Source of the DNA: Acidobacteriota bacterium
Lineage (GTDB): Bacteria > Acidobacteriota > Thermoanaerobaculia > Gp7-AA8
Reading direction: 5' to 3'
Length of the DNA: 64,000 bases
NCBI GenBank assembly: GCA_034667465.1
Contig: JAXDJV010000014.1
Coordinates: forward strand, 209 to 64,208
Position numbers and translations under genes: made by a program. Below, piece by piece: positions 37,167-49,500 of this stretch (positions are counted from its first letter, which is position 1; each line of letters opens with the position of its first letter). The notes below the pieces were generated by a model, which made no database searches, was not told the origin of the DNA, and saw only the letters and a program-made list of their open reading frames with translations.

Positions 37167-37369
37167 GGATCGTGAGAAACTCCGCGCGATGGTCCAGCAT
37201 CGTTTTCCTTCGCCAATCGCGCGCGAATGGCTTTGGGACGCAGGATGAGAATGGTCGAGAGCCTTTGCCTCGCCCTTGAATCGCTCAGCAGCCGGGTCAC
37301 GGTCTCGCGCGAGGTGCCGATCATCTGCGCGACTTCCGGCCTAAATTACTGGAGCGGCAAGGGATAGTT

Positions 37370-37445
37370 GGTAGCGCATACGGGATTTGAACCCGTGTTA
37401 CCGCCGTGAGAGGGCGGCGTCCTGGACCCCTAGACGAATGCGCCG
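37370..37445 (-). tRNA. tRNA-Glu: tRNA-Glu (anticodon CUC), CCA encoded
   Basis: The reverse complement folds as a cloverleaf: GGCGCAT/ATGCGCT acceptor, CCGCC-CTCTCAC-GGCGG anticodon arm and ACGGG-TTCAAAT-CCCGT T-arm. It is close to the E. coli tRNA-Glu sequence apart from the anticodon. Confidence 0.85.
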
Positions 37446-37631
37446 TGATGCGAGGGGAGGCGGAAGATACAACGGCGTCTCTTCCGCGGTCAAGGGCGGG
37501 TAACAGGGACGCGAGGGCGATATTCCGGGAAACGGGGTGGCGGGCGCGGCGTTAGTTATTGTCGACTTTTGGCGCGTGATCCTTTATCCTTCTCTGCGGT
37601 CCGGGTTTCTTAAATCCATCGGGAGTTCCTA

Positions 37632-39878
37632 TTGATGAGACGCGCTCGTCTGGTTGTCCTCTGTCTTTTCCTGGTGTCGTTGCCAGCGTTTGCTGACGAC
37701 CTCACGTCACTCACTCAGTTCCGTACCGGGGTCTTCACCGACTCCATCGGTACGGCGAATCTCGTCGTGCGCGACGTGACGCGCGATGGCATCCCTGACC
37801 TGGTTTCGTGCAGCGACGGCGCGGCCTTCGTGCTGACGCGCAGCGGCACGACGCTCACGCCGTCGTGGTTCAGCGAGCCGGTCGGCTGCTCCGCCGTGAC
37901 GGTTGGCGATGCCACCGGCGACGGCTACTACGACGTCATCGTCGGCGCTTCCAACATCGTCAACGGTTACGCAACGGGCGGCTCGGTTGTCGTTTACGAC
38001 CCTCTGACGCTCGGTCCTGCGAAAGCGCGCGTGGTCATCCCGGGCACGAACGCCATTACGGACATCGCGTATGGCGACGTCGACCGCGATGGGCGTCCGG
38101 AGATCATCGCCATCACCTCCGTCGACGCGTTCGTCTACGACGCCGCGACGCTGACGCTCGAATGGTCGGCCCTCGGCAAGGGCGGTTCGAAAGTCGCGCT
38201 CGGCGATCTCGAAGGCGACGGCGGCATTGAGATCGTCGTCAACGGAAGCTCCGGCCACGTCCTCGACGCGTACGCGCAGTACGAGAAATGGGGCTACGTC
38301 GGCGGGTTCGGCCGTTCGATGGCCGTCGGCGACGTCGATCAGGATGGGAAAGCGGAGATCGTCTTCATCCCGAACTCGCCGTCCGACACGGTGACGATCA
38401 TCGAAGGCGACACGTTTCAGGTCTCGAACCTTGCGGTTGCATCGATCGACAAGATCGCGATTGCAGACGCCAACGCTGACGGAGTGCCTGAGCTCATCGT
38501 CGGCGGCCAATATTCAACGATCCGCGGGATCAGACGTTCGAACGCCCAGGTGATCTGGGCGATCAGCAATCCGAATTACTACACAAACGCGGTGACTGCC
38601 GGCGACCTGGACGGCGATGGTGCTCCGGAGGTGATCTGGGGGTCGTCGAGCGTCCTCTACACCGGCAGCGCGACCACGCAGACCGTCAAATGGCACAGCG
38701 CCGATCTCGACAACGATTTCGGCGGCGTCGTTGCCGACGTGGATGGCGACGGCAAGCTCGAGCTGGTCACAAAAACGACGTCAACCGAGAGCGGAAACTC
38801 GGGCGGGATCGTGCAGATCTTCGACCTGCAAACGCGTGCGTTGAAGTTTTCGATCGCGCCGCCGACCGGCTATTCGTCGCGAAGAATTCAGCGGATCGCT
38901 GTCGCGCAGATGGATGCCGACCCGGCGCTCGAGATCGTCATGCTCGCGCTCAATTCGTATGATCCTTACCTCTACGTCTTCGACGGCGTAACCGGCGTGC
39001 TCGAATACCAGAGTCCTTACACTTCCTACTCGAGCGCGGGATTTTCGATGAACGCGCTGTGGGTCGGAAACGTCGACGGCGATGCGACGAATGAGATCGT
39101 CGTCGGCACGACAGACCAGAAGGTCGAAGTGTTGAATGGTGCCAGCTCGTTCATTCAGTGGAGCTCGGTGGCGCTCGATGGCTACATCTACGATCTCTCT
39201 GTCGCCGACGTCGATCACGACGGCACGCTGGAAGTCGTCGCGGCTACGTCCGGCGGTTTCTGGGTCTTCAATGCGTCGACCGGCGCGGTCCGCTCGCACA
39301 TTACGCTCTCGAACGTCAACCATGTTGCGGCGACGTCCGAGGGTGGCGGTTACTTCGCCGTCAGCACGTCGAATGGTGTGCTGCGTCTGTACTCGGGAAC
39401 GTCGACGCTGAAGTGGGAATGCTCATCCTCGTACAGCCTCGCGCCTACCGCACTGAACTTCTACAAACTCGGTGGCGAGCTGCAGCTGGCTACGGGCGAC
39501 AACAGCGGCAATCTGCGGTTCTATCCGCTGACCGGTTCCGCTTGTCCGACTCCGCTGCTGCGCAACGTCAGCCGCGCGCAGATCAACAGCATCGGCAGCT
39601 ACGAGACGACCGGCGACACGAATCCCGAGATGCTGCTGTCGTACTCCTACTCGATCGAGCTCGTCTCCTATTCGCTCTCCCGCTACGCGCGTGGTGATTT
39701 CGACGGCGACGGTCTCGTGACCGACGCCGACATCGACGCGCTGGCACTCTATCTGTACGGCGGCGGCCCGGGCTCCGGTCCGGCGGCTGACGTCAACTCC
39801 GACGGCGCGGTTGCGCCCGACGATCTCTTCTACCTCATCAACTACAAGCGTGGGACCGGTCCCGCGCCGCTGCCGTAA
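37632..39878 (+). CDS. Secreted FG-GAP/beta-propeller repeat protein with C-terminal dockerin-like module
   Basis: Signal peptide and repeated DxDGDGxxE / GDxxGDG motifs. C-terminal DFDGDGLVTDADIDALALYL...DVNSDGAVAPDDLFYLINY is a dockerin-type Ca-binding repeat pair. Confidence 0.7.
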   Translation: MMRRARLVVLCLFLVSLPAFADDLTSLTQFRTGVFTDSIGTANLVVRDVTRDGIPDLVSCSDGAAFVLTRSGTTLTPSWFSEPVGCSAVTVGDATGDGYYDVIVGASNIVNGYATGGSVVVYDPLTLGPAKARVVIPGTNAITDIAYGDVDRDGRPEIIAITSVDAFVYDAATLTLEWSALGKGGSKVALGDLEGDGGIEIVVNGSSGHVLDAYAQYEKWGYVGGFGRSMAVGDVDQDGKAEIVFIPNSPSDTVTIIEGDTFQVSNLAVASIDKIAIADANADGVPELIVGGQYSTIRGIRRSNAQVIWAISNPNYYTNAVTAGDLDGDGAPEVIWGSSSVLYTGSATTQTVKWHSADLDNDFGGVVADVDGDGKLELVTKTTSTESGNSGGIVQIFDLQTRALKFSIAPPTGYSSRRIQRIAVAQMDADPALEIVMLALNSYDPYLYVFDGVTGVLEYQSPYTSYSSAGFSMNALWVGNVDGDATNEIVVGTTDQKVEVLNGASSFIQWSSVALDGYIYDLSVADVDHDGTLEVVAATSGGFWVFNASTGAVRSHITLSNVNHVAATSEGGGYFAVSTSNGVLRLYSGTSTLKWECSSSYSLAPTALNFYKLGGELQLATGDNSGNLRFYPLTGSACPTPLLRNVSRAQINSIGSYETTGDTNPEMLLSYSYSIELVSYSLSRYARGDFDGDGLVTDADIDALALYLYGGGPGSGPAADVNSDGAVAPDDLFYLINYKRGTGPAPLP

Positions 39879-39895
39879 GCGACGGGAACGACACC

Positions 39896-41353
39896 ATGAA
39901 CAAATCCATCAAACTCTTTCGCAACGCGGTGATGTTCGCCGCCGCTTTCGTTGCTGTTCCGTCGTTTGCAGCGACAGACATCCTCTCGCTCGGCACGGTC
40001 AGCGCGATGCAGGGCACCACGGTCGTCGTCCCGGTCTACGTTCGCGACGCTTCCGGTACCACGCTCGGCGTCGATCAACCGGCCGCGTCACGCATTCAGG
40101 CTGTCGGTCTGCGCGTTTCATTTTCGCCATCGACGTCGGTGAAGAACGCGACCTTCCGGCGCGCAGGGATTGCGTCTGCGAAGACGCCGTTGTACGAACG
40201 CAGCATGCAGGCGCAGAACGGCGCGCCGACCGGATACGTCGCGTCGTTTGCGCAGTCGACGAATCCGCTCGCCTTCACGCTCAACGGCCCCTCCGGCGAT
40301 GTGATCGGGGAGCTCGAGGTGACGCTTGCTCCGAACGCTCCCGCCGGCTTGCTGCAGATTCCGATCGACGCTTCCTCGGCGACGCTCTCGAATCAGGGGG
40401 GCAGTCTGCTGGAGACGCCGGGCAACGGCAAGCTGACGATCTTTGCAGGCGGCATCAACGTGATGGTTCCGCACGTTCGCAGCGACTTCAACGCTGACGG
40501 CCACTCCGACATCCTGCTGCAGAACACGAACACGAGCGCGGTCGCGGTCTGGCTGATGAACGACAACGCCATTCTCGAAGGGAAGGTCATCGCGACGCCC
40601 GGCGCCGAATGGCAGATTGTCGCCAGCGGCGATCTCGACGGCGACGGCAAGGCCGACGTCATCGCGAAGAACAACAACACCGGCGCGCTGGCCTTCTGGA
40701 AAATGAACGGCTCTGCGCTCGCGTCGATCGCCACGATCGCGACGCCGAGCATCGCGTGGCGCGTCGTCGGAACGCGCGACTTCAACCACGACGGACGCGA
40801 CGACCTCGTGCTGCAGAACGGCTCGACCGGAGCGGTCGCGGTGTGGCAGATGAACGGCGCCGCCGTGCAGTCGGGAGTCGTGGTCACGACCGACACGGCC
40901 TCGCGCGCGGTTGCGCTCGGAAACTTCGGCGGCGACGCGATCGTCTTCGAATCGACGACCGATCAGTCGCTCTATCGCGCCGTTATCGTCAACAACGCGG
41001 TCACGTCAACGAGCCCGATTGCCAACAGCGCCGGGATGAGCGTGATGATGGCCGGAGACTTCGACGGCGACGGCGATGATGATCTCGCCCTGCAGACCAC
41101 CGCGACGCGGACGGTCACCGTGCAGCTCCTCGCCGCCGACGGATTCACGGTCACGAGCTCCGCGGCGATTGCGACGCCGGTCGCTGACTGGCGTGTGGTC
41201 GGCGGTGCCGATTACGACGGCAACGGCCGCGCCGATCTGCTGCTGCACAACGCGCCGACGAACGGCATCGCGCAGTGGCAGATGAACGGCGCGACGATCG
41301 CGAAGGGCTGGAACATCGGCACGATGCCGGGATGGAAACCGCTCGGCAATTAG
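39896..41353 (+). CDS. Secreted protein with N-terminal cohesin-like domain followed by FG-GAP/VCBS repeats
   Basis: Signal peptide. LSLGTVSAMQGTTVVVPVYVRDASG...LQIPIDASSATLSNQGG is a cohesin-like beta-sandwich. It is followed by repeats FNADGHSDILLQN / DLDGDGKADVIAKN / DFNHDGRDDLVLQN. Confidence 0.65.
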   Translation: MNKSIKLFRNAVMFAAAFVAVPSFAATDILSLGTVSAMQGTTVVVPVYVRDASGTTLGVDQPAASRIQAVGLRVSFSPSTSVKNATFRRAGIASAKTPLYERSMQAQNGAPTGYVASFAQSTNPLAFTLNGPSGDVIGELEVTLAPNAPAGLLQIPIDASSATLSNQGGSLLETPGNGKLTIFAGGINVMVPHVRSDFNADGHSDILLQNTNTSAVAVWLMNDNAILEGKVIATPGAEWQIVASGDLDGDGKADVIAKNNNTGALAFWKMNGSALASIATIATPSIAWRVVGTRDFNHDGRDDLVLQNGSTGAVAVWQMNGAAVQSGVVVTTDTASRAVALGNFGGDAIVFESTTDQSLYRAVIVNNAVTSTSPIANSAGMSVMMAGDFDGDGDDDLALQTTATRTVTVQLLAADGFTVTSSAAIATPVADWRVVGGADYDGNGRADLLLHNAPTNGIAQWQMNGATIAKGWNIGTMPGWKPLGN

Positions 41354-41374
41354 CCGGGCGGTTTCACCGCCAGA

Positions 41375-43461
41375 TCATTCGAGCCGGTGCACGAGATGTC
41401 GTGTGCCGAGCTCGGATGTGTTTCCTTCGGGATCGATCGCCAGCACGGAGAACGACGTATCGAGCGGATCGGAGCGGAGGATTTTTCTCGCGTCCATCTC
41501 GATGAGGTTGCCGCGGTCGCGCGTGTCTTTCCACTCGCGCTGCTCCGGACGGACGACCGGAACGGTGAACGAGAACTTTCCGTCGGCGCCGATCTTCATC
41601 GCGCCGGCAGGGCTGAACTCGCCGATCGACGGAAGGAGATTCTTCTGCGCGCCGGCGATCGTCTCGGTTCCATCGCTGGCGTCGCCCATGTGGATGCGCT
41701 CGACCTGGCTGGTGTTCTCGCGGATCTTCGTCGTCGCGTACGACTGATAGAGCTCGACCGCGGTGCCGGCGCAGCCGCGGCCACGAACGACGATCACTTC
41801 TTTGCCGGCGGCATCGTGTTCGACTTCGACGCTCTCGATCTTCGGCGGTGCGACGCCGCTGTTCGCGGCGGCGTTGTTGCGGACGCAGTCAGCGCTCGAC
41901 GCCATCAGCTTGCCGGCGGGGAGATTCGGATCGAGTGAGATCGGACGCCCGCCGTTTTCGTTGAAGTGCGAACCGGTGATGCGATTGCGCGCCGGAATCG
42001 CGGCGCCGGCGAAGGGGGCGGCGATGACGCCGCCGACGCGGTTCCACATCAGCTGATCGCGAATGATGACGTTGTCGGATGCGCCGGCGCCGAGGACGAT
42101 GCCGGCGAGGTTGCCGCTCAGCGTCGTCGATTCGATGACGTTGTATTTCGCCGGCTGGTTCGCGCCGGGGAGACCGATGACGATGCCGGCGCCGAGGTTG
42201 GATTCGATGGCGCTGTTGCGAATCACCGAAGCGTTCGAGACGAGCGCGATCGCGCTGCCCGACGTCGCGCCACCGCAGCCGGTGACGTGAATGCGATCGG
42301 CGTCGAGACGCGCGTCGGCTCCGACTGCGATGACGCCGGCGGTGCGTTGCCAGGCGACATAGACTTCGCGCAGCTTCGTCGTGCCGCGCTCGATCTGGAT
42401 GCCGGTCGCACCGAAGACGCTCGGAATGGCCGCGTCGGCGGTTGCGCCGACGATGGCGTGATCGATGAGCGAATCGCCGCGCGTGATGATCGAAGTCGTG
42501 GCGCCGTAAATCGCGACGTGGCGAATGGTGCAGCCGCCTTCGCACGTCAGCGTCGCTTCGGGCGCGGCGACGATCTCGAGCTCCGGCTTCAGCAGATCGG
42601 TGATGTCGGTGACGTTGCGAACGGCCGGGAGCTCGGTGCCGATCCGGCCGCGGCTGACGTTGAGCGGTGAGTTCGGCGCGACGAAGCTGTACGCGGTGCC
42701 GTCGATCGTCGTGCCGCTTTCAATCAGCGCCGGCAGCGGACGCTGCACGCGCAGTGTCCACGACAGCGTCGGAACGGAGAGACCGGACGGATCGGGAACC
42801 GACTTCGGTTGCGTCAGCGGAACGAAACGCATCACGTTCGCGCCGGCGATCGCATTCGCGTTCGCAAAGAACTGGCGCAGCGAGCCCTGGATCGGTTTCG
42901 CATCGGCCGCCGAGTCGTCGAGCGAGGTGACGGCGTTGAAGCTGAAGGCGAAGTCGGCGTTCGTGAGCGGATCACCGGCGACGACGCGCACGATGTGCTC
43001 GCTCGTCGCGGCCGAAACGGCGTCGTCGGATACGGAGCCGCGGCGTCCGCCGAAGCAGGCGCCGGCCTGGTTGCGCTCGACGGTCGTTCCATCGCGCAGA
43101 GTGCAAAGCCCGCCGACCGGTGCGTATGTCTGTTCGGGCCATGCGCCGCCGTGCGCGATGCTTTTCGAATCGACGGCGACGAAGTAGGTACCGCTCTGCG
43201 TCGGATGAAACGCGTATGCGCCATCCGAAGACGTGTGCGCGGATGAAACGAGCGTGTCGTCGGCGGTCGGGCGACCATCGCCGCCATCTCTGAAGAGCTT
43301 TACCGTCGCCCCGTTCACCGGAACGAACCGCTGCGGCAATGCCAGCGCCTCGGCGTCATCAAAGACGTGTCCGGCGATCGTGTATGGCGGCGTCGCGGCC
43401 ATCGCGACCGCGCAGGTGAGCAGGGCACAGGGAATCGTGAGCAGACTGCTGAGTCGTCGCA
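41375..43461 (-). CDS. Secreted right-handed parallel beta-helix repeat protein
   Basis: Start at MRRLSSLLTIPCALLTCAVAMA (signal peptide; GGAG RBS). Beta-helix repeats (NVIESTTLSGNLAGIVLGAGASDNVIIRDQLMWN, GATGIQIERGT...). The ORF-track N-terminal 140 codons are read-through. Confidence 0.65.
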
Positions 43462-43524
43462 TGCGGGCTCCTGGCTGGAAGGGTAGCAGGCGCGCCGCCG
43501 ATTTCGGCGCGCCTGCTGAGAGAC

Positions 43525-46500
43525 TTACCTGAGAGTCATCGATGGATCGCCGAAGAAGATCCACGATTTGCGAACGTCGGGATCGCTCGCAGCCGACTTC
43601 GCGCCGCGCACGGCGTCGCCGAGCGCGACGTGCGGCGCGGCGAAGAGACGGCGGAAGAGCTCGCGATTCATGAGCGCCTGCTGATCGGGCTGCGTCAGCG
43701 ACGACGACGCCCAGACCGCGATCGCGCCGCCATTCTGCGAACCGATCAGCGCTTCGGCGAGACTGCGCGTGTAGATGTCGTGGAAGTAACCGTTCAGGCA
43801 GCTCATCGAAACGACGAACGGCAGACGGGAACCGTTCTGCAGATTGTCGGCGGTGGCGCTGCCGAAAACTCCTTCGCTCCACATTTCAGCCGATGCGTGA
43901 CCGATGTAATCGACGATGAGCGAGCCGCGCATCATCGCGTTGACGAGATCGTCGTACGGCGTCGGCGTGCGCGCGAAGTCGATCGTGCTGCTCGTCATCG
44001 TTGGCGGCAGCAGCGCCGCGAGCGACGTCGTCACTTCAGCGAAGTCGTAGTCGGTCGGATGATCGGCGACGAGCACGGCGTCGTTGCTCCACGTTCCGCT
44101 CGGCGTTCCGCGGCCGGTCAGTTTCGCGAAGTAGCGCGCTGCATCGGCGGCGGTGCGGACCGGCACGCGCCCGACCGCCATCTCGGCGATGCCGTCGTCG
44201 TTGAAGTCGGCGAACCAGTCGTCGGATGCGGTCTTGATCAGCGTCGTCGCGATGAGCTTCGTCGGAACGAAGTCGTACGCGCCGCTGTGCAGGTAGTTGC
44301 GCGGGTCGATGCTGGCGTCACCGACGAGCATCACGTAACGCGGCGCGGTCTTCCACTTCGCCGCGGTCGCGAGGAACGTGCGGATTGCCTTCGGAGAACG
44401 GATGCCGAATCCGAATTCGTCGTAGACGTCTTCAACGTCGACGACGACGGTCGCGGTCCCTTCGCGCTCGCGCACCGGCTGCAGCGTCGAAGCGGCTGCC
44501 ATGAATGCGCTGTTGCTGATGATCACGAGGTCGGCGCCTTTCGCCGCGGAGAGCGTCGACGGGCGATTGGCCGCGAGCTCCGCCGGTGCGAGGACGCGCG
44601 ACGGCTGGAAGACGAGCACGACGCGCGCGCCGCTGCCGGCGGGAGTGAACGTCGCGGCATAACCGCTTCCCTGCGGTGCGACGACCGTTTCGAGCTCGAT
44701 CGGTGCAATGGAGTTGGTCACGTCGAGTGCGCGAACACCTGCGGCCGTGAAGCCGCCGACGGTGACCGCGCGTCCGCCCTGGAGCGTCGCTTCGAGCGCG
44801 CCGTCGTCAGCGCTGAGGAGATGTTGATACGTGAGCCGCGTCGAAGCGCCGACGCTGATGTCGGACCAGCCGCCGAGCGACTGCAGCGTGAGCGTGTTGG
44901 TGCCGGCGGCGAGCCACGATTGCGGGAAGTCGAACGTGAAGGTCTGCTGCTGCTGATCGGCGAACGTCGCCGTGCCGAGGTCGTGGCCGCCGAGCGAGAC
45001 CGCAACGTTGTGCACGGCGGGATGCGTCGTTCCCTGCAGCGTCAGTTCCAGTCGCGCATTGCCGCCGAACGTCGGATCGAGATTGCCGACCGTCAGCGGT
45101 TGCGTCGCCGGGATCGGCATCACGATCGGTCCGAAGAAGTTGTCGCCTTCGCCGTTGTTCGTGATCGCCGCGACGAAGACCGCGCGATCTTTTCGCTCGT
45201 ACGTGAACGCGATGCTGCCGGTCAGCGGATCGCCGCCTTTCGTTTTCGACGTGTCGATCCGTCCGCCGCCTTTGCTCTTCTCGAGTCGCAGCCAGTACGT
45301 GCGCACGCCGGTGGAGATGGCGTCGAGCGGCGTTGCATAGAACTCGATCGCGTCGGTCGCATCGAGCTTGCCGTCGCCACCATCGGAGACGATGAGCGGC
45401 TGTTCGATGCCGCTGGTGTAGAGCGCGAGTCCGCGTGCGTCACTGCCCGGATCGAATCCTGCGGCAGTCATGGTGGCGCGCGTCAGGCGATACCACCCTT
45501 CCTGCGTCGTGTAGATCTTCAATCCTGCATCGGCTGCGAGATCGCTCTGCGTTTTGAATTGTTTGTCGGTGACGTCTTCGGAGTACGTTCGAACGACGCC
45601 GTAACCGGCGGGGGAGGCGACGACGCTGCCGCCGGCTCCGAGGCCGGGAAGCGGCGTCGCGTTCTCCGGCTCATCGACGTAGCCGCTGATCGGCGAGACC
45701 GGACCGTGCATCGTTTTCACGCCGCTGAGGTCGACGTCTTCGAGCCAGTACTGCGCGAAGACGCCGCTGTCGAGTTTGTCCTTCAGGCGATATCCATGAT
45801 CGGACTGACCATCGTGTTTCGCTGCGAGCAGCGCGGTGCCGGCGATCAGCTGTTCGTTGACCTGCGTACGAACGCCGCCGGTTTCGCGATAGATGTTGAA
45901 GCCGAGGTTGTCGGCTTCGAAGCTCGTCTGCCACGAGATCATCACGTTCTTATTCGTTTGCTTCACGCTGAAGTCGCGGAGGCGAACGAGCGTGACGGAG
46001 AGCACGGTCGTCGTCGCGGTCGAGCTGTTGTTGGCGGCAACAGGATCGGTCTTCGTGCCGCTCACCGTCGCGGTATTCGTCAGCGTGCCGGCGACCTGCG
46101 TCTGGACGACGATCGAGATTGTCTCGGTCGCACGAATCGCCATCGTGCCGACGCTGCAGACAATCGTCGTCGTGCCCGCGCAGCTTCCGGCGCTCGGTGA
46201 TGCGCGGATGAAGAAGACGTTGGCCGGCAGCGTGTCGCTGACCGTGACGCCGGTTGCGACTTCCGGTCCGTTGTTCACGACGGTGATGAGATAGGTGACG
46301 AGCTGGCCGGCGCCGACCGGATCGGGCGAATCGGTCTTCGTGATACCGAGATCGGCTTCACCGTTTCCGCGCACGAGCGCGGTGTCGGTGGCGCTGTTGT
46401 TGGCCGCGATCGAATCGACGATGCCGCCGGTCGTGGCGATGTTGCACGTCTGCGAGATCGTCGTGCCGGGCGCGGTGCCGACGATGCTCTGGAAGACCGG

Positions 46501-49500
46501 CGAGAAGGTCGACGTCGTGCCGGTCGTCAGCAACGCGGTCGTGGTGCACGGGATCGCTGTGCCGGCGGCGGCGCCGACCGCGGGAAGCACGCAGGTCCAT
46601 CCTGCCGGAACCGTCATTGAGACGAAGGTCGTGTTCGCCGGAACCGTCTGCGTGAACGAAGCGTTGGTCGACGTGACGCCGTTGTTCGTCACCGTCTCGA
46701 CGAACGTGACGGTCTCGCCGGGGCCGACCGGATCGTTTAGCGCGGTGATGGTCGTGGCGAGATCGGCACTGCCGGCTGCAACGACGGTCGTCGATGCCGA
46801 GGATATGTTGTTGCTCGAGTTGGAATCGGGCGTTGTCGTCGAAACCGTCGCGGTCTCGGTGATGACCGTTGTCGCGACAGTGCCGGCATTCACCTTCACC
46901 ACCATCCCGATGCTCACCGACGCGCCGGCTGCAAGGTTCGCAGCGGAGCAGGTGATCGCACCGGTGCCGCCGGGAGCCGGCGTGATGCAGGTCCAGCCTG
47001 GCTGCGGGGCGATCGAGACGAATGTCGTATTCGGCGGCGTGTTCTCGGTGAACGTCGGATTCACCGCGGTTGCTCCGCCGTAGTTCGTGACTGTCTGCGT
47101 GTAGGCGATGTTGGTGTTTGCGACGACGCGCGCGGGCGCGCTGATGACGACGGCCATGTCCGCGTACGCGGAGGTGACGACGTTGGTCGTGGTCGTGGCG
47201 CTGTTGTTCGCGTAGTTCGAATCAGTGGTCCGACTCGTCGCGTTCGCGGTGTTGCTGATGATGTAGCCGGCTGGTGTGCCTGGATGCGCCTGCATGACCG
47301 CGCTGAAGGTCGCGGTGGCAAGTGATGCGAGCGTTGACGCCGTGCAGGTGATGATTCCCGTTCCGCCCGGAGCGGGCGTGATGCATGTCCAGCCGGCCGG
47401 CGGCGTCATCGAGACGAACGTGGCACTCGCCGGTACCGAGGTCGTGAAGACCGGCTGATCGGCGGCGCTGGGACCGTTGTTCGTCAGCACCTGTGTGTAG
47501 GTGATGTTGGAGCCGGGCGTGACCGGATCGGGCGCGTCGGCGTTCGTCACCGCCAGGTCGGCGACCGCGCAGGAGTATCCGCCTTCGGCGCCCGCTACGA
47601 CGGCGAGCGGCGTCGAGACGATGCCGGCGAGTCCGGGGCCGGAACCGAAGTTGTCCAGATCGGTCGTCGTCAAACCGTTCGTACCGCCGGTGACGTCGGT
47701 GCTCGCGGCGCTGCTGGAAAGATAGATCGCGCCGCCGCCGCCACCGCCGCCCGGGCCGTGACGCTCGCCGGGGAAGTCGCGCGCATTCGGCGGACAGGTG
47801 GGATTCGAGCATGGGCTGGCCTGCGCAAGCCATGCGTTTCCGCCGTTGCCGCCGCGAGCCGTGATCGTGAGCGTGGTCAGCGAGCCGAAACGCGTATCGA
47901 TGACGACCGTGCCGCCGGCGCCGCCGCCGCCGCCCGCGTCGTTGCTGACGTCGAGCGCGTGCGAGCCGTTCGCCGCGATGGTGCCGGTGCCGAGAAGCTC
48001 GTTCGCGCGGATGAGCACGATGCCGCCGCCGGCCTGACCGCTGCTGTTGATGGCGTTGGTGCCGAGGATGACGCTGCCCGCCGCGGTGCCGTTGTTGCTC
48101 GTGCCGGCGCCGCCGCCGCCACCCATCACGAGACGGGTGGTCGTCGGCGCTTCAAAGGTTCCGCCGTAGCCGCCGGTCGCCGACGAGCTGTTCCAGGCGT
48201 TGCCGCCCCCGCCGCCGTCGCCGGCGTTGCCGCCACCGCCGCCGCCGGTGTTCTCATCGTTCGCGACCGGATTGCCGTCCGTGCCGCCGCCGCCCGCGTT
48301 GCCCGGCGCGCCGCGTCCGCTGCTGCCATTCGGATAGCCGTCGATCGTCGTATCGAGCACCGTCGCGGTGTTGTTGAAGAGATAGCGCGGCGTGCCGGCG
48401 ATTCCTTCGCCTTTCGACGCATTCGTTGCCGTCGCGGCGGTCGTTCGATAGTCGGTGTTCGCGCCGGCGCCGCCGGCGAGCTGGCGTCCCGCACCGCCGC
48501 GGAATCCGACGCCGGTGACGCTGAGCTGCGGAACCGTGTAAGCGCGGTTGGTTCCCGTGGTCGTGGCGTTCGTGGTGAGCGTCAGCTGCGTATTGTTGTT
48601 GATGTAGAGAACGGTGCGCGTTCCTTCGCCGGTGATCGTGATCGTGTCGCCGCTGTGCACGACGTTCGTGAACGTCGTGCCGGTGCCGGTGACAGTGGCC
48701 GAACCGTTCGTCGTCGCGACGGTGCCGGCGCCTGCGCCGCTGCCCATCGTCACGGTGCCGGAGACGTCCATCGCGAAGACGCCGCCGATCGAGCCGGTCC
48801 ACGGCAATGCGCGCGTTCCCGCGGCAATCGTTGCACTTGTGTATTGCGGTACGCGAATCACCTGGTAACGGCGCGCGCCCTGCGTGCCCGACGCGGCCGC
48901 GTTCGTGTAGGCGTAGATCAAACCGCCGCCGAGGCCGGCGCCGGTGATGTTGATGGCGCCGGCCCCAGCGACCGCGAGCGCGCTGCGCGACACGACGTAC
49001 TCGTATCGGCCGGCGCTGTTCAGTAGCGACGATCCATTGCCGGCGGTGCCGAGGCTGCCATTGCCGGCCCCGTCGCCATACCGATCGTCGTTGTTCGCGT
49101 CGATCAACGAGTCCTGCATCTGCATGATGAGCAGCAGGTCGCCGACTGCGATCGCGGTCGGTCCTGTTCCCGCGGCCACCGTGACTGAGGTCGCGGCGGC
49201 TGCCGCGTTCGCGCTGCCGGGCCAGTACGTATTCACCGAACCGGTGATCGTGCCGCCGATGCCGTCTTTGCCCGGATTCGAGCAGAGATGCGACTGCGTC
49301 CGGACGACGACCGTGGCGGTGTTGTTTCCCGCGATCGCGTCCGTGGTGCCGACGGTGATCGATGCGGGAACGTTGTAGACGGTAGCCAGTCCGCCGCTCG
49401 CCGCCGTTGCGACGATCGTGACGGTTGCCGAATCGCCGGCGTTCATGAGCGAGCCGATGGCGCACGTCGTCGTTGCCGCCGGCGTACAGGTTCCGAGCGT

